Shown here piece after piece: positions 21,351 to 33,763 of a DNA stretch of 64,000 bases. Position numbers and translations under genes: made by a program. The notes under the pieces were generated by a model. That model had not been told where the DNA came from and ran no database searches. It saw only the letters and a list, made by a program, of their open reading frames with translations. This DNA is from Carpediemonas membranifera BICM (Eukaryota > Protista > Fornicata): positions 626,799-690,798 of the forward strand of contig JAHDYR010000069.1 in assembly GCA_019828565.1 (NCBI GenBank), read 5' to 3'. Position 1 is the stretch's first letter; each line of letters opens with the position of its first letter.

Positions 21351-24300
21351 ATGCGTTTCGAGAACTGGGAAGTCGTCATCACCTATGGGGCGGACAGTTC
21401 TCTTGGATCTATCATCACCGCTGTCTTAGACGAGTTTCTGCTCCGAAACCGCGACAAATCGTTTCGTTTAGACAGCAAGGAGCAGTGCTTGCGCATTCTC
21501 CGAGATTTCCTGACGTCATGTCCACTGAGGGTGACACATAGTGATGCTACGTTACGTAGTGCAGTCGTTAATGCTGATTGGAGCGCATTGATGAGGAATC
21601 ACAGCACTGCTCATGTGACTGTTACGCGAGTCGACAACGAGGCGAAGACGAAGAGCCTATACACGGCCATGGCAATTATCTGTGCCGTCGAGTTAGGGAA
21701 GAATCGCTACGACCGACTCCGCCATGCATTTGTTTCAATGGCCTCCGACATGGGAGTTCGCCTTGGAATTCACACTCCACCGGTGGTAGACAGTCTCCAG
21801 AATCTTGGGTATGACCTGCTGTCCATCCCAGCCATACGATCTGTTATATCAGACCCAACACTGATCGAGGACGTCAACGCGTTCACTCCTGAGCAGCCCG
21901 ATGTCTCTGGGCGTGATGGGGTGTCTAACCAAGAGCTTCAATGTCAAGCAGGAGCCGGTTTCACGCGTAGCGTGGAAGTCGCGGAGGCTTTTTACGTCCT
22001 ATATGACCCAACCACCCACACCGACCTGCAAGAGACTCTCGATGAACACGACTGCCTCTTCGCTCACCACTTCGAGAAGATATCGGGGGAGTCACGGCTA
22101 TACATTTCGCATGATGATCCATCCAAGCTGCCGGAGATTCAGAGATTATGCCGGAACATGGGCATCATTCCGCGTGGAACAAAGAAATCTCACCGGATGG
22201 TGATCAGCGCTCTGTCCTATGACCCTGTCGCCCAGATTAAGTTCATGCTGAAGTTCCCCGACCGAGTTCAGCGCGATATCAAGTCAAGCAAGTTCGTTCA
22301 ATCCGTCACTATTAACCCGGAGAGCCGACAGGAGGCTTATGGTCTTGAGATGCTCCTATGGTTTGATGGATATCGGGCCGACTGTACGGCGGTCAAATAT
22401 CGCATAATTGATCGCGAGGGAGCAGCCCTACCACAGAAGATTACCCCACCCATGACGCTTCTTACATTTCAGGGCACAGAGAAGCTCATTCCTTCGTTCT
22501 TTGATGACATACTGTTAAAAACGGGGTTTCGATGCCTGAGGAAGTCGTGAGGAAGTGAAAATGGCGATATCCGAAACTAGAACCCCTGAAGCCGATTTAA
22601 ATACAACAGCAGGTGCTTTATAGATGAATAACGCATATCTTACATCGTTGTCGAGCATTATTTTGCTCATCGGCGAGTAAATAGGGAAACGCATTTTATG
22701 TAGTTGGTGAAAAGTGGTCGACATGACAAGCTGGTCTGTAAGCAAGCTCAGTACTACTGTTTATACATCCTCTCTTGGTTTCAGCTCTCAGCGATGTCAC
22801 AGTCGCTGGGTTCTATTGATTCAATCACACGATCTCGGGATTGGTGAAGTGCCCCAACTAACCAACCATACTGGGGTGCTATATGACCTTCATACAGCAC
22901 CCGGATATGCTCGGCTAGATGGGGCACTTCATCAATCTTGAGATATAAAAAATGTGGTACCATATCTCGTCGATGACAACATTGCAGAACATTTCGCCAA
23001 CAGTAGATGTGTATCATAGCCTATAAGGGCTAATGGTATGCTTCATCATTATCGATGCCGTCGAAGGTGCCCAAAGACGTTGTGAAAGGGGAGCTTTCTC
23101 AAATCCTCATCTGTGTGAAACTGAACTCCTCAGGGGATGCAGATTGCAAAACCCTTTACCATTTTCCTCTAGCTGCTCTCGTTGGTGAGTTAGCCTTTTC
23201 TTACACCTTCACTTTCGCGATCTAGGTCAATATTGACCGTGAAATTCAGATTCAACTTTTTTGTGCAAGCTCAGAACTCGACAACGAGACTAGCTATCAG
23301 CAGTCTAACTTCAGGAGGTGTTATAGATCCTTGTTACAGGCATATCTTCCGCTTTTCAGCTCCCAGCTGTCGCAATTGCACTGATCGCGTTTCGTGAAAA
23401 TCCCGTGAAATGTGAAAATGTGAAAGTTCACAGTTCGTAATCGCTATTGTGATGATCATGCCGCTGGTGGTTTGCACTGGGTACTTTATTAGACACTATA
23501 CACATCCCCTGAACACCTCAGAATGTAGTTCTGCAGCACACAAACTTCAAACTCATTTGTGCCACTTTTTTTTTCTTGGTGGCACAAAATGGTCTCGGGA
23601 GAAAAACATCAAAAAAAATAACTTTGTACCTCTCGCACCTGTATCATGGCAGGAGGTCAGAGACACCATCGTAAATTTTTATTCGCATTAAATATAATTT
23701 TAGGTCGATTGGTGTTCGGTCATGGACAGGTCCGGTATCCCATTATCCCACAGCCGAGAGACGCGGGTAACTGCCCAAGCTCGTGAATGACCATTTTCGC
23801 CACTCTCCACCCGGCCTGGGCGCTACATCATCCTCTGAATGATGACGAGAAGGGCTCTAAAGCCTATAGGGGCTCCAGCACGCACCCTCTGCACTTACTA
23901 TCTCAATATTGCCGAGGCACCCAGCATGGACCATAGAGTTATGACCTCAAAACTTCCTATCTGTGGACTCTATGAGACTTGTGTCTTCTCCGGTGACCTT
24001 GCGTGTGATTTAGCGGGGGTGTGAGTGTTCCCCACAAGTGCTGGTCTGCCTCTTCTGCGTCCGCATTTATCACGGTCATTGCACTGCACATCCCTAAGTC
24101 CCTATATCGCTAATTGGGGTGAGCAGGAGAGGCAGTGAGTCTCATACACCAGCGAATATTATGACATTCTGAGAAGTTCCCTTTGTTTCACCTGGCTGGG
24201 GTCAGTTCTTAGCGCTTTGACAGGCAGCCTGGAATTCGCTGTTCCCAATTCTTGTTCCTGCTCTTACCCCGAGACCCCTTGTTGCTGTCACATGCACAGA

Positions 24301-27300
24301 TGGGCCAGGATTTATCATTTCTCCATGTGCACTTTAATGATTGCAACGAGTGAAACGAACAACAAGTGCTACTGACTATCGAATAACGCTATTCCAACGG
24401 CACAGAACGGGTTTATAGCATGCATATGATCCATTCTGGTGCCTTTATCCTCTATAACCAACATCAGTCCATCAAAAATGAATCTTGCAACAGAATACTC
24501 ATCCACACGCATCGAGAACGAAAAAGAAGCATATAACCAACATCAACAACCTAATAGAAGGCTGCATGCAAGCGTAGAGCTCTCCTAGTCGATTCTTCAT
24601 TTTCACAAGCATCGATCTCCCCGCCAGGATGAAACCGTGCGCCCAAAAGCTCAGAGATGCCGTTATAGATGATATAACGACGTCTCTGAGCTTTTCAGCG
24701 ATGTCAGTTTCTGGCCACCTCCAAGTTCGGCTCTGCGAAAATAACAGTGCATTGCACTATAAGTCATACATTTGGAATACAGCAATGCACTGTTATTTTC
24801 GCCAAAACCACTCTGACCTACCATTGTCCATGGGCTTGACGGGGGTGATCTTCTCGGCTTGGATTTGGCTGAAACTTGGTATATGTGTAGTATTTGATAT
24901 GTTAGGACGGATCCAAGATTTTTACATATCGTTCGAGTCTATTTACCGAGATATACGTAAAAGCAAATTTAGGGTTCAGACTACTTCTACCTGAAAAGCG
25001 ATATGGCGGGTCCTTAGACTGTGCTGACCCGGGCCCAGCAATTTTACGATAATAAATTGGCGTATTTATGTTGATATACGTAAACAAAAAAATACATGGG
25101 GCGCACTTCAAGGTAAACACAGTACAAGTTCAATCACACTACATCAAATGGTTTAGGAGATGGTTTGGGAGACATTTAGTCTCATGAGTCGTGGTGCATC
25201 CCTCCCATCTTCCTGTCTCGACATAATATCAATCCGAGGACTAATGTTGGAGTCACGTCAACAATACTCTCATGTTCAATAAGACGTTCTTGGCTATTTA
25301 ATGCTTCTCTGCGTCGACTATGCGTATTCAATCGCGAGATTTGGCTTCCCGTTTAACATTATGGCGCGACTGGAAAGATTAGCTTGATCTGACACACTCG
25401 AATAGCTTTCAAAGAGTCAGAGAGGACAATTAGTTGTGATTCTAGCCATCGCTGAGCCATATTCAGTCACCTATACATTCTGTTCAGAGCTGAATGAAAA
25501 ATTGTGAGACTTGAAGTCGCATTGAACAACTCCGTGGTCATGTATAAAGAATTTAGCCTGCATTAGATGACTAATATAACTGAGTTGGACACCAGGGTCG
25601 ACCTAACAGACGTTGGAGACGACAGTGCGGTCGACAGGAGGAGTATCCAGGCTGAGACACGGTCGACAACGACTACATCGGTGACAGGGAGGACATATGG
25701 ATAGTATTTGAGCATGTGAGTAAGCGTGAAGTTCTGATCAGGATGATGCGAGGGTGGGTCATAAACATTGATGAGATACAACCACATTCGAGGCCCAAAG
25801 TCGCTCAAGCTTTGCTTACTGTTACCTGCAGAGTAGCCCTGTATTGTTCCGTGCCTTTCAATCAAGCTCAAACACCATGCGCAGGTAGCTGGCAAATTTT
25901 CAGTCTTAAAGTGCATTATTTGCCACCTGCGCGTCGCTACGAGGGAAGCAGCAGCGGAAATAAAGACAGGAATACCTTATGGATAGCATTTATCGACAAC
26001 ATCAGTGATTCTCTTGGCGAACAGTGGTCTCAGTGCAGAGAAGCATTTCGTGAAAATGTGTGAAAAATGCAGAAGCTCACAGATGCATGGAAAGCATGTA
26101 TAGTGATGTCCTGTACATCCAGGGGTGTTCAGTGCCATCTCTTTCGTTTTCTTGCGCCTTGTGAAAATGGTGAAAAGATTTCACTGAATCTAATGTTTTC
26201 ACCATTTTTTTTCGTGAAAACGGACTTCCTCATGATTTCCTCAGGCATCGAAACCCCGTTTTTAACAGTATGGATGTACAGCGGCTAATGAACAAGCTCA
26301 TTGGTATCCCCTTCGCATGTGGTGACAGTTCGTTGCTCCCACGCAGCCGTGTTGTCATCAGCCTGCTCGGGATCTGCGGCGATCACAAAGCGTTGCAGAT
26401 TGTTAGTGGCGTCAAGCGGGGACGATACTACCGCTCTCCATTCTCCTCCCTACACATGGGAAAGGTCGCAAGCGACCCGTTTGCCAATCGTTGCGATCGC
26501 TGGACAATCGCAGATAGCATCCGTCTTCGTGACGCTGGTGGCGTGAAAGACATGACACGGTTTGGGTCCCGCGATGGTCACCGAGATGTCTGCTGTCTGA
26601 CCTATGCCAACGAGATAGATGGCCCACTTCACGTGCTCACAAAGTACGCTGATGTCACGTTCATTCCACCTGTCATGCATGTGAGTCACTATCTTATGAA
26701 GGACTTCTGGACGCTGCTTGGCCTTGTCAAGGTTCAACACGCTGGTCAGAACGTGCACACACTTGAGCAGATTGAAAAGCTGTTCACGCGGACAACTGGC
26801 TGCAACGAGCAGAGCTGGAACAGACGAAAGCTCGCGACACTAGTCAACGAGCACCTTGAGGAGTTTGACCAGTCACTCCAGCCCTTCATACTCCTTACAG
26901 CCAAGTTACAGGCGTTGTATTACTCCTCTGACCACGTGACACACCAGACAATCGCTTTCCATCACGCGGCGTCCTTTTCTACGTTCATCATGTTCCATGT
27001 CTTGACGTTGTTCTATGACCTTCCATCGAGTCGCTCCTCGGTTGCTACGACGCTCAATGATGGTCTCAGACTGACTTACTCTCCCAAGTTTACCGGCTCG
27101 CTATATCTGAATGCAGTGGTGTCAGTTCTGCCCAAGGTTCACTCGAAACTGCGGCTTCCGATGTTCTATTTGCTTGAGGAGTACTTCGAACGTGATTTCC
27201 TCATCAATGCCCAGTTGCGAGTGGACAAGCATCGATCTTGGGTTCTCGGCTTCCTGGCTCAGAAGACAATGGTCGGTCGTGTCCTTGCTCACTACACCCG

Positions 27301-27682
27301 CCGTGGCTCATCGAGAAAGCATGGTATGGTGTTGCCGATTGCAAGGCAGTGTAAGTCTGTCACATTCTGCTCGTGTCTATTTGATGCCGACCGGTGTGCC
27401 GCCTGGAGAAATCGTCTATTAACTAAGGTACCCAACTGGGATAGGGAGGCGAGCCAACAGTCGCTGAATGCGCTGTTTAGTGGATGGGTCAAGGGTATCT
27501 GTGAGGAGCCGGAGGAGATCCGGGAACTCATCACTGTTGACGAGACAGCCAAGACGATTTGTGTAAGGACGGCGGACAGTGGTCTGGATGAGACTCTCTG
27601 CATCTGCAATCTGTGCAACAGTGAGCAGCGAGCGGAGGAGCTGATGAGGAGGACTGGGCACAATCTTCGCCCGAGAAGATAG
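21351..27682 (+). CDS. DDE transposase (~854 aa once rejoined: 21351-22507 plus 26275-27682), RAG1/Transib/Chapaev-like, interrupted
   Basis: The join PSFFDD|VQRLM is in frame. Motifs LWFDG (D1), ICGDHKAL...G (D2), IPPVMH, SLYLNAVVSVLP and LLEEYFERDF (E) follow the order of RAG1 CDG, YDEK, DALH, YFHK..HVP and SEGNE. Confidence 0.75.
22508..26272. mobile_element. Nested 3.8-kb non-autonomous TIR element related to the outer transposon
   Basis: ~49-bp TIRs CATACTGTTAAAAACGGGGTTTCGATGCCTGAGGAA... (22508-22556 and 26224-26272), GA 2-bp TSD, AT-richer interior with no intact gene recognised. Confidence 0.93.
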
Positions 27683-28702
27683 ATAGATGGATAATCGGAG
27701 TATGTATATAAAGGGTTCTTTATGTTTACACTATCTTCACCAATCTACAGTCAATTACGTCTATTGCGAGCGAAGAACAGCTTTCAGCAAGAAATTTGAG
27801 GCAACTGTCAGGTAATTCTTAGTAACGTCGTCGGCAATGGCGTAATAGTCATCAATTTCAGTCAAGTGACTCAGCTTAACGCGCATTTGCTTGATTTCGG
27901 CGATAAACTCGGCCCGCTTCATTCGTTTGTCATAAAGTGCATTCCGGCCATATCACAAGTTTTCTTCATCACAAGGCACGCACGGGGGTGTAAGCGGGAC
28001 CGAGGCTACCACCACAGCCTCTTCTGAGCCGATGGATACCTTTTGTTGATTTGCCAGAATTGACCAAACGACGAGGAATGCTTGATATGCCGCGTATGGA
28101 TGATTTGAAGAAGAACTGAAGGTGAAAGACAAAGATCATAGAAATACACATCATGCGGCTCACTTTTGGAGACATTGGAGGTAAATTAGCTTTTAGGATC
28201 GTTTTTCGTTTGCCAGGCAAAGTTTTGAGTGTTTTCTCGAGAATACTCGATGCCGTATGCAATCTTGCTGCTATTTGATGCAGAACAAAGGTTGTTATGT
28301 GACACAGATGTTCTCACTTGCTTTCGGCCTTCTTTGTTGGCGAGCAAAAGCAAACTTCTTTGGGAGCAATTCCCAAAAATCGCATCTTTACGCACCCAGG
28401 AAATTTTATCTCGGCATACTGGACCAGTGGGGGAGGCACGGCAGTCTATCCCGACCCTAGATGAACCATGAGACAGTTTTTCGACGAGAGTTTGTGCGAT
28501 GCCACTGACTTCGCGAGTGAAGGTCTTCAGCATGTTGTACGGATGTCTAAACGATGCCTTGTGCAAGTGCAAGGCGTAATACGCTGTAGTTTAATTGTTT
28601 GAGCGCGTTCATTTTTTCTTGCAATCGTCCTTTTTTCATGTATTCCGGGACTTATTCCGGGACTTTAAGTCCCGGTTAAAGTACCAGAAAAAACAGCATG
28701 TC

Positions 28703-31086
28703 GATGAGACAACAAATGAGCTCGTGAATGATGAGCTCGAGAACCTAGTGGCGGACGGGATAATCCAACCCTCATCGGGACCGTTCAGCTCACCCATTGT
28801 AGTTGTCCGTAAGGGACACAAGGGATCAGATAAGATCAGACTATGTGTCGACTACAAGGCCCTCAATGCCAATACAGTGAAGGACAAATTCCCACTACCA
28901 AACCTCCGTCAGTTCGTCGATAGGGCAGCTGGATGCAAGATTTTTGCGGCTCTTGACCTACGGCAGGGCTATTATCAAATGAGCATGGAGGAGACGGACA
29001 TTCCGAAGACAGCTTTTGTCACACCGGACCATTACATGGAGTTCCGCCGGTGCCCATTTGGGCTCTGCAATGCACCCTCTAGGTTCCAAAAGGCAATGCA
29101 AAAGGCTTTCGCCCCGGTCCTCCACAAAGGAGTTGACATTTACATTGATGACCTTATGGTCTACGCCAAGACAGAAGAGGAGTTCTTAGAGATCCTCGAG
29201 AAAGTCTTTGACATCTGCAAGCAGTATAGACTACGTCTGAAGGGCCCGAAATGTGTAATTGGTACAGATCACATCGAGGCCGTGGGATATATTATCTCAG
29301 AAAAAGGGAAGCAACTTTCCCCCGAGAGGGTAGATGCCGTAAGAGCCATCCCCAGACCGGACACTCCGAAGCAGCTTCAGCGCACTCTAGGATCATTTAA
29401 CTATGTCGCGCAGTTCGTATCGGACGCGTCGCGCCTCCTAAAGCCGCATAATGACATGCTTAAAGCGTCAATGGGATATTTACTACAGAGGAAAGAGCTA
29501 TCAAAGAAGCTCCTTCGCTGGGTTACCGTCCTATCGGACTACACGTTCACCATTAGTCATATATCTGGTAACGCTAACGTCATGGCAGATATGCTGTCGC
29601 GGGTGCAGAGCACCTGCCGGGACTCACACTCCTTAAATCTGCTAGAAGCAGAGGAGAGCGAGGTGAGACCGTCCCTATGGGATATCAGCGAGGCCCAGGC
29701 CAGCCTCCCTGAGGAACATAGGATCGGTTGGGAAGGCCTAGACGGCTGCACCCTGGTGGACTCTACGTACTTCGTACAAGGAGTCCCGATCATCCCGGAC
29801 GGTAAGCTACGCGACTCCTTCCTGCAGTTGGCACATCCAATTCCACACTGGCTCAAATGCCACGTATCAGATGCTGAAGAAGATGGTTTTTTGGCCTAGC
29901 ATGCTGAATGATGTCAGACGAACCGTTAAGCGGTGCCCGATCTGCCTCAAGTCGAGAATAAGAAACTACATTGAGGTAGAAGCAGGATCCAGCCTTAGAG
30001 GCAAGCCATGGGAGACCGTGGCTGTGGACACCATTGGACCACTGCCCTTGGATAATCTGGGGGCACGATACATCGTCACAGCAGTTGACATGTTCACTAG
30101 GTATACGGAGCTTATCCCCGTAGCCAGCGATGACGCACGCACAGTTGCACAGGCCCTATGGGACCGAGTCTTTACGAGATACGGTGTCCCTCTCGAACTC
30201 CAATCTGATGGGGCTCCGGAATACGCAAACTCCATACTGGACGCGATGCTCACGGAGCTGAAGGTGCTTCGGCACTTCACGATCCCATATCACCCCCAGA
30301 GTAATGGGCTGGTGGAGAGGAGAAATGCAGAGATTGGCCGCCACTTAAGGTGGATGGTCCTCGCTATTGCGAGCCGAGACGAGTGGGCAACATTGGTGCC
30401 AACCGTTCAAATGATACTTAATGGCACGACACACACTGCTACGCAGTTCTCCCCTCATGAATTAATATTCGGTCAGCCTCACAACCTATTTTCCACTGAG
30501 TGGGACGCGGCAGAGTGGGGCGACAAGAGGATTGTTGCGTTCAAGCAATCTCTCCAGGAGGTCCTAAGGACACTGGAAGACTCCGTAAGGGAAGGCACAT
30601 CCGCCAGGAGCCAGATCGAGACGAAGGGGGTAGAAGTAGGTGACTATGTCCTGTGCCATTGTTGGCTTGCGCAGGTAGATCTGTTTACATAAACTGCACT
30701 GGCTCTCAGTCCTATGGAAACATGAAAACCCCAAGAAGCTCGACTGCCCGAACAGAGGCCCGTGGAAGATTCACGAGGTACTGCCGAACCATAAGGTGAA
30801 GCTGCAATCTATTGTCACAGGAGACATTAGAGTTACCCACGTCGACAAAATGATGCCATTTGAGACAGATCTTGAAGAGACTCAAATGAAGCAATTAGCC
30901 GAATCCGATAAGGAACAGTTTGAGATCGAAAAGATCGAGAAGATCGACTGGAAAACCGGTATGGTGACCATTAAGTGGAAAAACTATGATGAACGCACGG
31001 AACAGCACCGAAGGTCTGTGTCCCACGTCGAAGAGGTTAAGCGCCGTGCTCGGAAGGCCCGTAAGAACCTTGCTAATTACGTTTAA
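28703..31086 (+). pseudogene. pol: RT, integrase and chromodomain-like part of element C pol; RNase H mostly deleted; frameshift near 29850
   Basis: LDLRQGYYQ, YIDD; the thumb runs straight into YLLQRKELSKKLLRW; CPIC, VAVDTIGP, SDGAPEY, NGLVERRNAE; FEIEKI...IKWKNY. Confidence 0.92.
30652..30708. mobile_element. 57-bp solo LTR
   Basis: TG...CA ends and GTCC TSD. Shares TGTGCC and TTTACATAAACTGC with the element D LTR. Removal restores DYVLWKHENPKKLDCPNRGPWKI. Confidence 0.9.
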
Positions 31087-31218
31087 GGTCCCTCTTTGGT
31101 TTCTTTTGCTCCCCAGGAGGGGTCTTCTTCCAAAGAGAGGGTAGTGTCACGGTAGTTTAGACCATTTTTACCTTTAGACGGTTTACCTATAAACAGTTCG
31201 CTTCACAGACCGGTGACA

Positions 31219-32704
31219 CACGGACCTAGAGGCAGAGGTCAACATAGGAGGAGAGCGGACCCCGGCTGCCCAGTCCGGCCGATACCTAGGACTATGGATC
31301 GCCAGCGGTCCTGACCCGCTGACAGCATGCATTGCCAAAAAGAGGGAACAATCCTCCAAGTACCTGGCCCTGGCAAGAAGGGCAGGCTGGACTAAGGGAT
31401 CGACCCCTGTGGCGATCAGCGAGTCCATCCTCCAGACCTTCCTGTGGCCAAAAATTGCCTTTGGAATCGAGATCTGGGGTCAAGTCCCCGGAGGCAGGAA
31501 GATATGGAATGACTGGCGCGGAGTCATGGCCGGCACAGGGCCAGGAGGAGGCGGGGTCGCCAGAATCATGTCTGGATGGATGTGGTGGGATGCAGACATG
31601 GGCCAAAGAGCCGTGAGAGTCCGCGAGTCCGCCCTTGACCCCGATCGAGCATCACCCCTAGGCAACTTCAACTGGAACTCAGCAGGGCCGAAAACGGTCC
31701 TGGGAAAGTTGAACAAATGGGCAAATGAAGTCCTCGAGGACACACCGGAGGGCCTCCCGCCAAGGGCGAGAGCACGAATGGGTGGCTGGAAAATGTCAGC
31801 CCGTGACATCGTTTCCAAGGGCAGCCGGACAGCGAGAGCGGCAGCGGAGATACTTGCATCGGAGGCAATGCAGGCCATGGAGAAGGGTAGGCCCCCCAAG
31901 AAAGCTAAGGCAATTAGAGGTATGATGATCTCCAGGAGGGACGTCAAGAGGGTGGTGATGACCGCCTCAAACAACCTCCCATCTGCCAGCAACCGCTGCG
32001 CCACCAGGGGAGCGGCCTTACTCATGGAAACGTTCCCAGGACAGGCAGACCTGTGTCGCCAAATCCAGCGCCTATGCCAATATGTACCATCAGGTCCGAG
32101 CGAGAAATCATTAACTTCCTGAGAACAGGACCGCACTGCACGGAAGCGGTCTCCAGAGTCACCGAATGGGCTGAAAACCAGCCCCTAGGGACTCAAAGCC
32201 ATATCATTGCGCAGTGCAGAGGGTTCACCAGACCTCCAGGATGGCACCTATGCTGGGAAGCAGCCCAAAACAGCACCATCGGGAGCCCCCTCAGGCACGG
32301 CCCAGATAGAGAATGGTATAACTCGAGGGCCATCCTCGAACTGCACTGGCTCTTGCAGAGGGACGACGACCTGGTGAAGGAGGGCCTCCTATGCGGAAGA
32401 ATCGCCCTCGCAGAGTTCCGCAAGTGTACAAACTAGACAATGCACAAGCGCGTGGAATCCCTGGAACCGGCAGGGGTAACCCCCAGCGTGTTCCAGTGGC
32501 ACCAAGCTGTGTTCACGGCCAACTTCCTTACTTAATACCCCGCACGACAACCTAGACATACTAGCAACAGAACCCAACGCACCAACCCCCCGGGAGACAG
32601 GTGTGTTCGACCAGGAACGCTCCGGCATAGAACTCCTGGAACCACCGGGGGATGCACCCCTGAGTGCTCCGGTAGCTCTACGCAGCGAGCATAGACAGGT
32701 CGAG
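31219..32704 (+). mobile_element. 3' fragment of a non-LTR retrotransposon (post-RT region and 3' UTR)
   Basis: GRYLGLWI and LWPKIAFGIEIWG are typical RT-thumb motifs; Cys-containing C-terminus with stop at 32436. Cut at its 5' side by the element B LTR. Confidence 0.7.
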
Positions 32705-32721
32705 TGTCATGGTTGCCACCA

Positions 32722-33105
32722 TGTTGGGGCCATGATTAGGGCCATATATTGATTTGTATTATTTTTGGCCTGGTCTTGATTGTGATTTGGTCCCGGCTAG
32801 TCCGCAGCACCGATCAAATCGTATCATTAAACTCTTCAACCTCATTGCTAGCACTCGGCCCCAAAGGCCCGGCACAGTTTTAAAACTAGTCCACATTCAC
32901 CCAGCATGTTCAGCAATATCTCCACCACGAATTTCCCGAAGCTCCGCGAGCTCACCCGCTCAGGAGTGAAAAATTACAGACAAGAAGTTGATAGACTTAA
33001 GGTCTTCTTCCCTAACGCCAACTACCGCGTTTTCCTCGATGAGACGTTCATTGACGCGGTCGAACGCCAGACTGACAAGAGAATTCAGGACATTACCGAT
33101 GAGGA
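32722..33105 (+). mobile_element. Gypsy element F: 5' LTR (starts at 32705 or 32722, ends at 32876) and truncated gag
   Basis: TG...GGCACA, then the palindrome AGTTTTAAAACT, then ATG at 32906 with a gag-like N-terminus (FPKLRELTRSGVKNYR). Confidence 0.65.
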
Positions 33106-33763
33106 AGGTAAGGTCTCATCTTGGCAGGTTGCTTGAAGCTCTTGTTGACTCTCTTGGGCTCCTGCGTGACCTTGTTGATGCCCACCATCTTGGCAGCCTT
33201 GAATGACTTCTCCATGAGGGCCTTCTTGCCAGTGACTCCCTGGGCCTGCACACGGAACGTCTTAGCGGTGAGTTCGCCGAAACGATCGAGTGTCAGCAGG
33301 TATTGCAGTCTGAAGTCCACCAAGTTCTTGACGAGGGCAATCACGTCACCAAGCGTTGCATCGTCCGGAAGACCGTTAGCATCGCGCTTAAACTCCGTTT
33401 GGAAGCGTTCCCAGGCTTCGAACTCCTTCTTGATAAGCTCGGAGTGCGGCTTGTCCTCAAGGTCGTTCTGTTGTTCTTCGAGGAGCTCGATCTGAGCACG
33501 TAGAGCAGCATTCTCTTCCTTCGTCTCATCTACTTGGTTTTCAAGCGCCTGAAGGCGTTCTTCCACGGACATCGGCCAAACCTGGGGATTGGGCGGGGAA
33601 ATTGATCCGCTCAAATTTCCCCCTCCGAATTGGTCCACCTGGCCGGGCGTCGTCCGACCGCCGGGGCGCCCCGGTGGGGTCGTAGGACCCGCACAACCGG
33701 GGGGCGGGATCGCATGATGGGAGCGCCGGGCCGCGGACACCCGTGTCCGGAGCCGTACGGCAT
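33105..33763 (-). mobile_element. Tyrosine-recombinase (YR) retrotransposon Y0: 5' end and gag only
   Basis: ORF from MSVEER with a coiled coil and KEF...FRLQYLLTLD.FGE..A..F, homologous to the Y2 and Y3 gags. Confidence 0.7.

Larger units (their letters stand above)
12508..28700 (+). mobile_element. 16.2-kb TIR DNA transposon (RAG1/Transib/Chapaev-like transposase) with cargo genes
   Basis: ~60-bp imperfect TIRs at 12508-12567 and 28642-28700 (CATGCTG...CAGCATG), TC 2-bp TSD. Excision restores the element C pol reading frame. Confidence 0.93.
10950..31207 (+). mobile_element. Gypsy element C with 63-bp LTRs, expanded to 20 kb by nested insertions
   Basis: Identical LTRs at 10950-11012 and 31145-31207, GACC TSD at 10946-10949 and 31208-31211, purine tract at about 31131-31144. 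Confidence 0.97.
5730..31218 (-). mobile_element. Gypsy element B (3'-truncated): 78-bp 5' LTR split by element C; gag-protease split by element E
   Basis: The LTR reconstructs as TGTCACC (31218-31212) plus 10949-10879. Gag 10857-10078 (CRFCGGPHMDFRC knuckle) continues in frame across the GTTC TSD into protease VVDTGASRSF (6032-5730). Confidence 0.85.

Noticed and set aside
27730-28600. Additional minus-strand cargo gene near the right TIR
   Set aside because: Only short broken ORFs with no motif.
12508-28700. Polinton/Maverick, virophage or Helitron identity
   Set aside because: No PolB, capsid, packaging ATPase or Rep-helicase motifs seen; TIRs with a 2-bp TSD fit a cut-and-paste element.
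32725-32760. Pistol-ribozyme-like TTAGGGCCA
   Set aside because: The pairing partner and downstream conserved bases are missing; it lies within an LTR.
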